Shown here: positions 25,942 to 40,300 of the stretch, piece after piece
Layout: every line of letters starts with the position of its first letter
Position numbering within the stretch: the stretch's first letter is position 1
Assembly: GCA_001938485.1 (NCBI GenBank)
Contig: MQRK01255162.1
Location: 1-64,000, forward strand
DNA from: Girardia tigrina
Taxonomy: Eukaryota
Length of the DNA stretch: 64,000 nucleotides
Direction of reading: 5' to 3'
The notes under the pieces: model-generated
The model's database searches: none
What the model saw: the letters and a program-made list of their open reading frames with translations, nothing else
Told to the model about the DNA's origin: nothing
Program-made: the position numbers and the translations under genes

Positions 25942-26169
25942 CGCCTCCCTCCCGCGGTAATCCGCATACGCTCCTCAGGAGCCAAAGGAGTCGAGTTGGT
26001 GTTTCATCGGGTTTCACCCCTCTACTGATAGTGGGCGTTGTCCGAAGACATTTCCACATCCCGCTCGAATAGCAATGCCTTTTAAAGGGGTGGATTGCAG
26101 GCCCAGACCCCCGTACTATGTTGGTCAGCACCACAACAAGGCAAGCTTCGGACACTTTAGCCTAGAGCA
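25942..26169 (-). mobile_element. 228-bp insertion with a perfect 14-bp TSD, related to the 19-kb ribozyme insert
   Basis: GTAATAAGAAGGTA at 25928-41 and 26170-83. The minus strand begins TGCTCTAGGCTAAAGTGTCCGAA, versus CTCTAGGCTAAAGTACCCGAA at 19058. Confidence 0.75.
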
Positions 26170-27649
26170 GTAATAAGAAGGTAAGATAACTAACACTAAA
26201 ATTTATTTGTCGTGAACTTTACGTATTTTAAAATTTCTACTAAATCCGTTTATTTAAACAACATTAATTAATTGTCATTATTCAAAAAGAGAATATTTAT
26301 CATATAAAACGTAATTTCATTATGATATAACTTTTTTCCCTTAGCTGAACTTTTCTGTTATCCATTTGCTGCAAATTTGTGATCTATATTGAAATCTTCG
26401 TTTTACTTTTTTTAGTTATTTTAATTATAGTTTTATTGATCACTATATCAAATTCTTATAAATGACATTATTGTTATTTATTTTTTATAAAAAATAATCA
26501 GACGCTTATATTTCCTAGTTCGCTTGTTATTTTTTAAAATATATTATTTTAACTTAATAATCCCTAGTTCCTTTTTAAGTACCCACTGGAAGTCTTGTGA
26601 TAAGCGACCGCCTTATGTGGGTTGATTAGGAAGATGTAAAGTCGTATTTGTTATTTATAATTTAATTTTAAAAATAATATTTATTGAAAATAGAAATTAT
26701 TGTTGTATATGATATTATTGATTGATCGATAATACCATTACTATAGTAATTTAAAATTCATAATTTTATCTATAAATTGTTTGCTTTGACGTCCTTATAA
26801 TTCTGCATCATTTTATTTTGAAACATTCCAAAACAATTCTGCATTAAATAGCATCATTTATTTTTTGTGTTTTTCACAATTGTTATTTTATAAAAGTCGT
26901 TATTTGGATATAAATATTTGTTGTTTGTATTAAAAATTTTATACCAAGCAAAGTATTAAGTTATCAGTCAGATACGGATTTATTTATCAAGGAACTTAAT
27001 TATTATATTTATCAACCTTACTCCTAACATTCGCTTGACGTTGTTATCTACTTCGTTCTTCTTTTTCTCTTTCAGCTAATAGTTGTATTGAAGAATTTTA
27101 AATTATTATTATTATCATTATTAATGTTTTTATTATTATTATTTTTATTGTATTTAATATTTTTTATTTATATAGTTCATTGTGTTGTAAAAGATAATTT
27201 AAGGATTTAGTTAATAATAATAATAATAAATATCCTACACGATAATTATACACCAACAATATAAAAATTCTTTTAATAATTGATTGAATGATTTTAAACA
27301 ACGCAAGAATTTTAAAATATTTCTTTTTTCACAATATCTTATTTTAGCATCTTAATTTTTTTAAACCATAATAATTGTTTCATTGTTTTTAGCATTTTTT
27401 AAATTAAACTTAAAAAACAGAACTTTGATTTAGTTTTTTAAAATTCTTATTGATATTCAACTGCAATTTTATTTAATAATTACACTAAATTCTAATGTAT
27501 TTGTTAGCATCGCTTTTTTTATCACATTGTATTTAATTATCATTTTTTTAAAATTGTTAAACGTGGTTTAATTTTTGCAAATCAACGGATTCTACAATAA
27601 TTTTGTCACCGGTTTCTGAACTGACCTTATCTTAAAAAAGTAACTAATT

Positions 27650-27850
27650 GTGGTCGGTCTGCCTGTTCGGAATTATCACGTTTGGGCCCACTTGACTGTG
27701 GGTAATTGTTGCCCTAATATTTCGGTTGTACATTCTGCCGATACCAGAAAGCCGCCCTGCTCTCATGTTCGCTTTCCAGTGCCCACCTGTATTCTGATTT
27801 CCCTGCTCGTCCCACGAGACTCCTCATCCGCAATCTTGACAGTGTGCCGG
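27650..27850 (-). mobile_element. Possible retroviral-type aspartic protease remnant
   Basis: TVKIADEESRGTSREIRIQVG...FLVSAECTTEILG resembles the protease flap and ILG motif. Confidence 0.3.
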
Positions 27851-28378
27851 TCAAATTAGTTGATGTGATAAAATATTTGAAATAATCCCTAAGTGATTTT
27901 TTACAGTGGCGTCATTTTCGGTAACAACGGTTTGTAATACGAATAAACTTACAGAAAGACTTTCTTTTTTGTTTTTCGATTTATTGTAAACTGATAACTC
28001 TTTAAATTGATTTTGGTCATTAGGGCAAGATGAAGACTTTATTAACCAATTTATCAATAAAAATCAAAAGATTTTTATTTTAAATAAACTTTATTTAGAT
28101 AAAAAATTACAGTGTTATTTATAAATTAGAACCCGGCGTTAGCGCGGATACATTCAGAATATAAAAAAATAAAAATAAAATAAACTTTTGATTAAATTAT
28201 ATTTTTAAACTTTAAATAAATTGTATTTAAATGAAATAAAATAACTACTTAAGATAAATAAAATAGTTACTTATAATCATAAAATTCGGCGTCAGCGCAG
28301 ATGCATTAAAAATACCATAAAAATTATCATTCATTCCCAAATTTTGTTTTTTGTGAAGTTTTCTCCGAAGAAAAATTA

Positions 28379-28384
<6 letters not shown>

Positions 28385-28443
<59 letters not shown>

Positions 28444-28512
28444 NNNNNNNNNNNNNNNNNNNNNNNNNNNNNNNNNNNNNNNNNNNNNNNNNNTATATAT
28501 ATATATATATAT
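28385..28512. repeat. (TA)n microsatellite spanning an assembly gap
   Basis: TA runs on both sides of an N run. Confidence 0.9.
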
Positions 28513-29996
28513 AAATCATGATGCACCTTGGCATTTCATGCATTTGATTTTTAAATACCAAAGTGCATAAAACTTTTCTGGATGTTATTTTTAAATATTC
28601 TTTTTTAAGTTCTTAATCCTATATTTGGAATTTATAAAGTGGGTTGATGGAGAAACGAGATTTCGTTTGCCCCAAAAGTCATTTTAAATATATAAAAAAT
28701 ATATTATTAAAATATATATTTTTATGTTTACTCTTAAAATATTAGAATTTCTCTAGATTCAAATCTGTTTTTCCTTGTAGCTGTTCTTTCAAATGAACTC
28801 TCTTTATATTACCAATTAAACAGCTGTTGGACTCTTCAAAATCACTTCAGTTTTTCTGTTCAACTGTTTATAATCGTTTCAGCTATTGTTACATGGGAAT
28901 ACAAATAACAGCTGTTGGTTCCCTTTTTAAAATATAATTTATACAAATAACAGCTGTCGAAAATATAATTCTTTGTACTTTTGACCTTTCTTATGATAAT
29001 TTTTTGTGCTGTTTCTTTAAAAATCCCTCTCTTTTATAACCTTTCAGAGTTTTATTCTTTTTTATTTATAATTTATTATGCCTGCTTTCTTCACATAAAT
29101 CTCATTATTTTATCCATAAAATTTATATTTTTCATTCAGTTTAATTTGATTATTTATAAATAATTTATATTTAATATGGTAAAAAGATAAATAATATCTT
29201 ATTTTATTACCTCAACATAATAATAAATAAAATAATACCTTCCGTAACAATATTTTAATTTGATTTTTTACAGTTAAGTTTTTGTAATTTTCTCAAGAAC
29301 TTTTTTGATATCGACAGGAGCACCCACTGATGCATCCATAATTTAAAATAAAATAATTCTTAAGTATTTCTAAAAACAGAACATTAATTGAAAAGTAAAA
29401 CAAAAATATAATATTATTCAAATACTTAAAAAAATTAAAATAAGGTAACCATTTTTTAAAATTTATTTTCTTTATTAATTTTGTGGACTGTTATCGATTT
29501 TGTGTTATTTCATATTAAATTAACATTACACGACCACTAGCAATGAATTACTAGCAGTCACCAACTAGTGAATTATTTTAAATTTTTAGCAAAACAAGGG
29601 AAAATGTGAGCTTAATATGTGACCTAAAAATAGATAGGCTTTTAAATATAAGATTAAAATGATCAAACTTTGGGTATAAATTTTATCGATAATCGAAAAT
29701 GAATGGAAAAAATTGCTTGACTCCAGTCACACTGATACGCAATACATATAATTATCGCTCATCATACACCGTATTTAACCTGTTTTTTTAATTTGATAAT
29801 AATTCTTGCAATTAATAAAAACAATTTGTTAGATTCGCCCACCGGGGGAGAGGAAACTAGCGGGTTGTATTATAGATTCAGCTTTTATTCCTGACAACCA
29901 AAATTTTCAAATAAATTGTGCGAAAAGTCTCAACTCTCAAAGAAGTTATTTATATTTGTGGGATCGAATCAAATGGACCATCTTTCATATAATAAC

Positions 29997-30144
29997 CAGG
30001 GCTGTTGAGTCGGAGTTGGAGTTTAAGGATTTTTGAGGAAGCCGGAATCGGAGTCGGAATCGAATAATTAGTCGAATTTGAAGTCGGACATTTTAAAAAT
30101 ATAGGAGTTGAAGTCTGCCAATTTTAGTCGACTCTGCAGCCCTG
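29997..30144. mobile_element. hAT-type MITE
   Basis: TIRs CAGGGCTGTTGAGTCG / CGACTCTGCAGCCCTG with internal GGAGTC-like repeats; 8-bp TSD not preserved. Confidence 0.8.
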
Positions 30145-32812
30145 GATTTAATTGGTTAGATTCGTTTTTATTGTTCCTCCTGTCGTATCAGAGACTCCAC
30201 ATCCTCATCAGCAGAGCATTATGGCCAGATACGCGCTCTCCCGCTCTCGCACCAACACAATTTATATGTAAACATGTTAGAAAATTATGAATGGTACATT
30301 TTGTTTCTTTTTTGAACTCTGTACATTTTGAAGATGTTTTTTAATATTTCTATCGTTTATTATAACAACCAGATTACATTCGTTAATAAATTCTAGTTAT
30401 CATTTATGTAGATTGAATTTCAGGTATAATTTGAGATAATATAATATATTGTCGTCAAAACAAAATTAAGAAAAGAACTTCACAAATTCAAAGGTTTATT
30501 TTCACATAAACTAAAATAACTACTCTGAAAGAAATCCGTACAAATCCATGAATTTATATTGTGCCGTTTCAAAGTCATAAACACATAAATAATACATATA
30601 TCAAAATAAATGTCAAAAATGTCGAATGAGCACAATTTTCGAATGAATATATTAAACTTTGTTAAAAATGATTTAATTTGTCTCGCAATATTAATTCAAT
30701 TGTCACAAAAAAGGATCATAATTCAAATAAAAATAATTTCTTCACAATAATTATTACGAATCGAGAAAATTTTATCAAATAGCAAATGCAAAATTTTGAG
30801 ACAGATATCACTCTTTGTTCTGGCCGACCCTCAGGTTGACCCGAGATTCTGACGGAGGTAGCATCGTTACTCAGTGGCTTGAGATTCTCACTGTCGTACT
30901 GGACCCTTCGAAACTTTGGTTTATTTATCGATCGAATCTCATCAATGAATTCATCATTCAAGACGTTCATTAAAATACGTAATTTGTCTTTATTCAAATG
31001 AAAATATTTCAACTAATATATGTGATACAAATTAGTAAACTCCAATTCTTGTGGTAGAGCAATCAAAAACGAGTTGCTTTTGTTACACAGAATTTTGAAT
31101 TTCTCATTTAAATGTTAAGCGATGTTAAATGTTAAATGCTACTTTCAATAGATTATATGCCAGTCGATTTTCGATTGATCAATAAGCAGCACAACGACAT
31201 TTTCCACATTTTTTTGTAAAATAATCTTATTTTTTCGATTTTTGACCGTGAAATAGTTTTACAAAATCAAAATGAATTTCTCTCAGTTTTCAAAAAAAAT
31301 TATTTTAATCAAATCTAAATTTTTCCACAATAATTTAACAACAAAAAATTGGTTTAACAAAGTCGACCGATCTTTCACAAATAAAATTACTTCAAAATAG
31401 CAATCGTTTGGACAAAAAATAATCTTTGATATTCAAATTCCGATTAATTTTTATTTTCTCCGCAATCGTGTATACTACTATCACAAGAAGTACTCGATAT
31501 CACAAAAATTCACTCTCACTTGCAGTTCAAAAATAACTCAATTCGGCAATAACCACTCTCGATTGCTACCATCATTTCGACTTCAAATTTTTTATTTACT
31601 AAACTCCTAATTTCATATTTTTAAACAATTTTCGCTCAATCAATCATAACAGGTAAACAACTGCAATTTCTTACAGAATTTTCACATAACTAATAATAAT
31701 CGAACTTTTCCACATGATAATACAATTCTATTTTTATTTTTTTACAGAATAATTAAAATATTTTTCACAAAAAAACTGAATTTTACACAAACAAATATTA
31801 GAATTTGTTTCGTTTTCCATTTTACAAATTCAAAACTTTTTAACAACAGCATTTATGTAAAGACGAAGAGAAAGACACAATTTAATCACAGATTGCCAAT
31901 TTTTAATTGTTCCATTAACGATTTCAATGTTAATGTTATTTTTCCAAAAGAAAGAGAAAGAGAGATCAATTGATATATAAAAATATAAGTAATGGTAATA
32001 ATAATAATAACAATTGAATCCCGAACTTTCTTTAAGCAACATATCACTCTTGAAATATAAATCAACCAAATGGAATGATAAAAAATTGCAAAAATATAAT
32101 GATCGAAAAAATTGTTCATCATCAGAATAATTGTTAATCCTCAAATAATTATTCATTCAAGAGATAAAAGCATGAAAATCAAAATTCTTCAAAGTGAAAA
32201 ACGACTCTCTTTCCTGGCTCGCTCTAATTAGATGACCAACGGCCAATCAGAACGAGCTATGTCATTTCAGCAATCTCCAACTCGAACAAATTTCGCTGTC
32301 CTTTCACCGACTCTATACACACTCCAACATATACTAGACTATGTAGAAAAATGTTTTAATTAATGTCGCTTTTTTGTCGGGGAACCCATTAAATGTTACT
32401 ATTGAAGTGACCTCTTGCAAATAAAATGTTTTTGTTTCCACATCGGTTGGGTTATTTGAGACCAGTACCGCTTCGGGAGCGATTCTCTAATATTCAACCA
32501 CCAAACGGTTCACCCCAAACATGCAAGATAATCAAATAACGATATTTAAAAAATTAATTAATCAATTTGAAATTTAAATTTTCAAAAAGATAAATATTAC
32601 TAAAGGAATAATGTAACTGTATAAACAGGTTCTGGTTTCTTAATAAAACAATAAATAATGATAATCTCTGAAACTGTTTATCAAATGAAAATAGATATAA
32701 TAATAAATTCTACAACTAAAACATATAACTGCCTAATTATTGTTAACTAGCAACGGAAAGAGAAAAATAAAATATAAATATCACAGTATATAATAATATG
32801 AAAAATTGAGAT

Positions 32813-33345
32813 TGTTAGGAATTAAAAATGTTAGGAAAATTTTTGAAAGAAAGTTATATTAAATATGTACAAATTAAAATTTTTATATAATTAAATATGT
32901 AACATTCGAAAAAAGAAAGTTATATTAAATATGTACAAATTAAAATTTTTTATGTAATTAAATATGTAACTTTCGAAAAAATAAAATTACTAAAATTAAG
33001 ATGAATTAAATTGCTAATAAAAATTTTTGAGAGTTTTAATATAATATAAAAAGTAAAAAAAAAGTGTATAATTTTTATGTGAAACGATTTTAAAGAAGTA
33101 ATAAAATTAAATGAAACGATTAAATATTTTAAAGTGTTATCGTAATTATAGAAGTAATAAAAAAAAATCAAATATGAATATTTATATGTATTTTTATCTA
33201 TATCGGTTTAAGATTTATGAAATAAATAGTTTCTCAAAAAAAATAAATTTGTTTAAATATTAGATTTAAACATTTTTTGTGGTATAATAAAAGTTTTAAT
33301 GTCTGATACTAATAATTCTGATGATTTTCCAAGAACCTCTAATAC
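32813..33345 (+). repeat. ~530-bp repeat; inverted copy at about 62930-63415
   Basis: Both begin TGTTAGGAATTAAAAATG and share blocks through AATAATTCTGA.GAT.TTCCAAGAAC.TCTAATAC. Confidence 0.85.
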
Positions 33346-34360
33346 AGATGTTAAGGAATAACAGTAATTTACTTCACAAATAATTTGATTGTCACGTTGA
33401 AACGGCAATAAATAACGCAATGAAAATACAAGTCAGAATTATTAAATTCTTAAGGTAGTATACAAATTGTCTATTTAGTTGGTCTTTTCTTATATCTTGA
33501 ATTAATCAGATCAGTTGCAGGATTTGACTCTTGATTGATTATTAGAATGTTCGCTTACCTTTTTTACCGGCCATTAATCGAGATTGGTATAAAAATAAGC
33601 AACAATAAGATAAGCAATTAAAAATAAATAACAAATACAGACACAGTTTAAACCGTAAGTAAATTAATTAATTCTTATCATAAATTTATGATTTAATAAT
33701 CGATGTAACCGATTATTTTTAAAATTTAATTATTTAATATAATATCATCATAACGACGTAATGTCGCTATGATGAATATGAAATTAAATTATTTTATAAA
33801 TATAAATAAAAACTTAAAAGTAAAAAAATAAATAAGCATAAATCTAAAAATAGATAAATAAGTATAAATATAAATAGATTATTTTAATTGGTAGTTATAC
33901 AATAACAATTAAATGCCTACTATAATCATGTATAACTCGATAGCCATTGTTGGCAATCAGTAAAAATAAATTGGAAGAAATTATCCATTTCATATCCGAA
34001 TCTATCTCTTATCAAACATTATGAATACAATATGTGGTCGATAAAATTGAAAAATTGATCGAACTTAAGCAGAATTAAGCAAAAAATAACTCTAAAAAAT
34101 GAATTAAAAAAATAAAATTTAGTTTCTAAATGTGAATATACCTTAGAAAATATATTCTCAGTATAGTATATACATATACAGTATGATTCATTCTGTTCAC
34201 CTCATATTTTAATTATTTATTTTCTAACTAAAAATTTGACGTCATATTAATTTTGAATATTTGTTTATATATAGTTTTTTTATGCTACACATTTGAATTT
34301 ATATGTTAAATATTGAAATTTTAATTAATGACTTATTTTTTTAAATTTTAGATAAATTAA

Positions 34361-37300
34361 ATATCAAGAGTATTTAGTGAATTTGAGCGTGAAATGATTG
34401 TTGCGCTTAAAAATGCAGGAAGTACATGGAATCAAATAAAGGTCAAACTATTTACAAGATATAATAGAAATATTTCAAAACGTGGAATGCAAAAAATATG
34501 GGCGAATTATTTTAAAACAGGAGAAGTGAAAGATCAGGCACGTGGAGGCAGACCTCATAAGAACTAAGCACCAGATCAGAAAGAGTGATTAAACGCATAA
34601 GTCGTTTAAACAAGGATATTTCCACGTTAAATATTACAAGGATATTTAATTCTTCTTCCTTAATAGCCATAAGTAAGTCGACAGTCGAAATGATTTTACA
34701 GAAATGTGGAATACGGGCATTCAAAGCTCAAAAGAAACCTTTCCTTACATCTAAACAGAGATAAAGAAGAATGCAGTGGGCTTCATTATATCATAATTGG
34801 AATAAAGACACTTGGTAATCTGTTATATTAAACGATGAATGCATTTTTCAATGTTATAATCATCGTGGTAGACGTCGGATCAGACGAACTAGAAATGAAA
34901 GGCTCAAACTCGGAAATATCCATGAAACCATGATCCATGGAGCCAAAGTTCATGTCTGGGGTGCTTTTCGGCAAACGGGGTAGGTCTTCTTAGAAAGGTA
35001 GAAGGTTCAATGCTCAAATGTACCAGGAAACTATAATACATGACATTGATATTATTGGAAAATGCTTGGTATTTCCAAAACAACAATTCATTTTTCAGCA
35101 AGATCTTGCACCACCACACCGTGCACTGTCTACATTTAATTTCTTAAAAAAGAAGGAAGTCGACATTTTACCATGGCCAGGCAATTCACCAGACGTAAAT
35201 CCTATCGAAAATGTATGGGGACTTTAAAATGGAAATTACAGACGATAAGGTGCACGATAAGGAGCTGTGGGTGGCTGTTCAAAAAATATGGTACGAACTA
35301 TCAAAAGACTATTGTAAAAGTCTTGTTGAATCCATGCCTATGTTACGGCCGACATTTTGACCTCACGTTTGACCCCTTCCGTCCATTGCACCACCCCGTA
35401 AGCACAGATTTATTGTGAAGTTTGGGAATAGTCAAACTCGACTATTCCCGGTTACGTTTAAGTGTCTTCCGTGCGTCAACGAGACGGTGAAGTCCAGAGG
35501 AACCTGTGTGCAAGCCCTAAGAGTAGTTGTGAGCCCGGAGTCGATAGGAAAACGCTGTGAGACCTTTTGAGACCCTTGAAAAACCACTGAAAAAGCTGAA
35601 AAAAATAAAAATAAAGTTAAAATTAATTAAGAAAAATTAATTAAAAACCGTGAATCATGGAAGTTGCTGTCGGTTGATAAAACAGCGAGAGACAGTCGTC
35701 GCATCCTTCGTTCGTCAGGCCTTAACGAAAAATCAACATTACCGATGTGTCACGACCCTCTTGAGTATAAACATTTTTAAAGACTCAGAGCCCCCAGTGG
35801 CTATTAAGGGTCAGCCACAACTCAATCTCGTTTTAGGATATTTTTATAATTCATTTTAATACCTATCTAACTTGCTGTCTATACCTATGGGTCGGGCACC
35901 TCTTCTTGCTCGACATCTGCCTGGCAGTGCCGAGTCTGAAGGGCCATCGGGCTCTAGTAAAGATGGGATGAGCTAAGGGCCCCCCACCTAACTCAGAGTC
36001 GATCGGGGATGATGTATCATCTACTCTTGTTGTCATTTAAACTATGTTCGATAATTAAACTTGCGGCACTGATGTGTATGTAATAAGACGTATTGTACTC
36101 TTTATATATAAAAGAAAAACTTGACGCGATGTTTTGTATTCGGTACATGTCTATGAAACTTACTGCAATACTGTATGTCAAACTTAAGGCAAGATATGTA
36201 TCCTATTGTAAGTCAATCTAACGCTCGCGAATTCCTGTTACTTTTCTCAACTTTAATATGTCATGATAAATATAACTCCTTTTACAATTCATATTCACAT
36301 TACAGAGTAGACAATCGGCAGCAGCATCTCTTAATAGTATTTTATTTTAATAGTTTCTACCCTCTCGTTCTATCACTGAATTTAGTGAGGTCGATATTAC
36401 TCAGCAATTCTATTTTTATTCAAAATATCAGAATAATAATCATATCGATAATCGTATTAAATTGAGGTAGTTGAAATCTATACTCAAAACTGTTTCTAAT
36501 GAAATTGTTATTTACTCGTGAAATTCAACACATAATTTGACTGAATTCTAAATAAGCTCACGACAAATATTTTCTAAAGCAAAACTCAAATTTTTGTCAT
36601 CGAAAATAAATAATAATTACACAAATCCTTAGCAAAATAATTTCAAAGATAATATTCCAAAAATCAACAAAAGCAATTATTTTTAATTCGGTTTTAAATT
36701 AATTTGTTTAAACTGTCCCAGTTTCACCTTTGCTTTTGGGCAAAATTTTTGAACCTCGATAAAAATTTTAATCATAATCGCGTCAACTGCAATTTCAAGT
36801 GGAACAGCCGCACGGGTCCATTCAGGGAATAAGTAAACTCTTATATTCCGTTTCATCTTATTTAATCGATTTTAATTTTATCTTTATTATATCTCATATC
36901 AACAAAATCGCCATATTTACTCGATACACTTTAAATGCGTTTTTACTCATATTAAATAAATCTTCACTGTACAGTCATTAAAATACATAACTTAAAGTAT
37001 TCGATTCATATTAAGTAAATAAACCATCAATATACAACTCAGTAAGATATATCGTTTAAAATATTTATTATATCAAACTAACTCGCTTCGATGATCATAG
37101 GAGCGCATAATTCTGTCACGGTTCGCTCTCTTTTCATAGTAATGCTCCTACACCTCGGTTATTACCTCACCCGCTGAGTGTGTCTCGGCGACTCTTTCTC
37201 ATCGATGATCGACTTCGCATAATCGCCTTCGAGAAAAACGACTCGATCGGTATTGAAGTCACATTGACGATTATCGGGTCTGTATGATTCCCTACATTCT

Positions 37301-40300
37301 TCCACTGTGCGTTCGATCGCAAATTATCTCGGGGCATTGTTAAACGGACGACGGCTGGAAAGCTTACTCTCTCTCTAACTTATCCATATGAAATAAAATA
37401 TAAGGTTATATAAAATTAATTATAAAAGAAAACCCATAGTTGTTATGCATCTATTTGGAGTAGTCAAATCAAAATACAATAAACAAACAAAAGAAAATTC
37501 AAATTACAATTTGTTATCCGGAGAATGCTCTGTGGAGAAATCGGTCTAAATTGGAATTTCTGATTTTCTCGCTTGGAATTTATTCGCTCGCAAACTGTCG
37601 CAATTTATCGTCGAAATTGTCACAATCTATCGTCGTCTAGAAATTAGGGTTAACTTATGTTCTAGAATTGTCGTCTTAGTGTTCTATAAAATTGTATTTT
37701 TGTGCGTCGCGCTTAATGCCGGACTGGTCGTCCCTTATATAGGGTTGAAGGGACACCCTGTTCATTTGATTTTATTCAATTATCTAGTGTCAATTAATGG
37801 TCTGGAATTTTCCATGATGCCGATTGGTCAATCCGAGTAAGTGTGTCTGAAATATTTTTTCAAAATTTAAAATTTTTATTATATTATAGAAATCGGTGCT
37901 TGTGTGTCTTGGCGTGTTGAAAATTCAAGGAGACATGCATGTCTGTGAATCATAGATCATTCACCACGTTCAATTATTTTTGGATTTTTCTATGACTCAT
38001 GGTAAGTTTTTAATTAGTCTTTGTCTATTTAATTAATTTTTAATTCTTTTAAGACTTATAACTTTTTTCGGGAACATCTTACAACCTCGCGGGTTTCGTT
38101 CAGGGCTTCGGCATCTTCGGGAATATACGTAGAGGGTCTGTCGGCCTCGTAATGTTAACGTCGTCGATACGATTTTAAATAATGATTTTGGTTAAGTTAA
38201 CGGTTTGTTGATCTTAGAGGTTTTTATTAAAGAAATAATAATTCTGCAGTTGGTTTGATTTAGCTATTTATTGATTTTAAAGATTTAATTGAAAAAATGA
38301 TAATTCATGATTTTTTTAACTAATTGTTTATATTCTATTTAATGGGTTTTACAGTTAATGTAACGTGTAGATATTGTACATACAATTGTAATGTAGTTAC
38401 TGACGTTTCTCGTAAGAAAGAGGTTGTAAATAGTGGAATCGTCAGTACCCCTTAATCATAATGAATATTTGATAATTTAATAAGTATTCACTGATTAACC
38501 ATAATATAAATTTGGTAGTTTTAATAAGCATTCGTTGATTTAATGTTCGATGATTTTAATAAGTATTGGTTTGTTTGATGATATTGATGATAATACTTTT
38601 ATTTTATCGAATTTTAGAATTTAATTTATCGAATTTATTTTTATTGAAAAAGACCTTACTTTTATTCATACTTACCTTGTGTTTGATAAAAGTGTAGAGT
38701 ACTGCGACATCAGGACATGGGTTCTGATGACCTTGCTCTACTTGGTCGCCAAGTCTTCAGTGACTCTTTTCCTGCTGGCCTTGCTCTTATGGCACATCCT
38801 ATCAGTGTTTGGGTCGCCTGGATCCCTTTTTTCCAGGGTAGCAACGAAAGAGTGCTTGACCTTACTTTTGGGGATCACGTCATTTGAGTATTTGTGTCGC
38901 TGGGACGTCAGTTGCTGAACCTTGGAAAATGAATGAAATTGGCTCCAGGGTGTCAGTCAAACTCCTCGATCCCGAAGTTATCAGCTGCTGCTCTGCCACC
39001 TCCCCCGGCCTTGAATGAATTTTTGCTGCTGCTCTGAACTCCGGCTCTGCTACTCGAGGTGACTCTGAGGACAAGTCAGACTCAAGTCCTGCTGTGCTGG
39101 CAATTGTAAACCTTTTGTTTTGTAATAAATTTTTATCCATTTTGATGATTTTTCTTTTGTAATAATTTTACATTTCAGTAATGTGGTAATCATTTATTAA
39201 CAAGATTGGTAATGTTGAAAAATCAATTTCAATTTAAGTAATTGCGACTATTGGTAAAACTTGTATGAAGAAATTTCGAGTGTAAAACCTTTAAGATTTC
39301 TTCAATGATTCTGCCTATCGGTATCTTATAATTATATGACTATGAATAATAAGATTCAAATCCTACACCCTTACGAACGAATAAATGATTATAAATGGAT
39401 ACAAGACGTGATTTCTGGATTAGAGAGACAAGATGTAAAGATTGTGAGCGAATGAGTAGTGGTTCTCCTCGAGATTCTGCTTGTGGTCGTGAAACATAAG
39501 TCGAATATAATTCGTCCTCAACCATGTTATCATTTGAATTTCGAAAACTAAGTCGTAAATAATTTGTTTGAACTGCATGATAAATAAAAAGCCTCAAAGC
39601 ATTTCGGATGTGTAGTATCAATCTCGAAATTGTATAAATTAATGGAAGTCGTGATAATTAAATTGGGCGTGAAAAATGTTGAAGAAAGATTATTTCGATC
39701 GTAAACTATTATTATTATTAAATACAAGTGCTAATGATCTGACGACTTATCTGAGAGGCATCATTACGAAGGCAAAACTGACAGAGTAAGGTCATAAAAT
39801 AAAACAGTTACGAACTAATATGAAATATCAAATAAATGTTAAAACAAAATACCATTGAGTGTAAGAGTTATTGTGAGGCACCAGTGTAGTATGATAATAA
39901 TTTAATTTAATAATAAAAAAATCTAAAGTGTGATCGGTACAAAGAAACTTCGAGAAACGGTGCTGGCAGACCATAGCATGCACAGGGGCACGTGGGCTGA
40001 CCGACACTTGTTTCTCTAAGATTTTCTTATCCAATGTGAATCAATAAAAAATGAATTTGAGAAATAGCGAGAATAAAATCAAAGTCATCCCCTCAGAAAC
40101 TAAGCTACCAGTTGGGTCATCCTCGGTACTGGTCGAGAACCCGAAGGCGCTCCAACGTGCACACAACGTGTTGATGTGAGCGAAGGAGACGCGTCTGTTC
40201 CCGTGATTATGGAGTCAATAAATTACTGAGGTTTTGAGTTAAGTGTGAGTTGCCGTTTAACTCAGGAAAGCGGATGGGGCTCAGAGTCAAAGAAGATGTT

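Noticed and set aside
26022-26050. Hammerhead-like CTGATAG..GGGC/GTCC..GAAG
   Set aside because: Core deviates from CUGANGA and GAAA, and there are no stems I or III
16859-33171. Many short I/F/L/Y/K-rich ORFs in the ORF track
   Set aside because: Compositional artefacts of AT-rich DNA or antisense shadows of element ORFs
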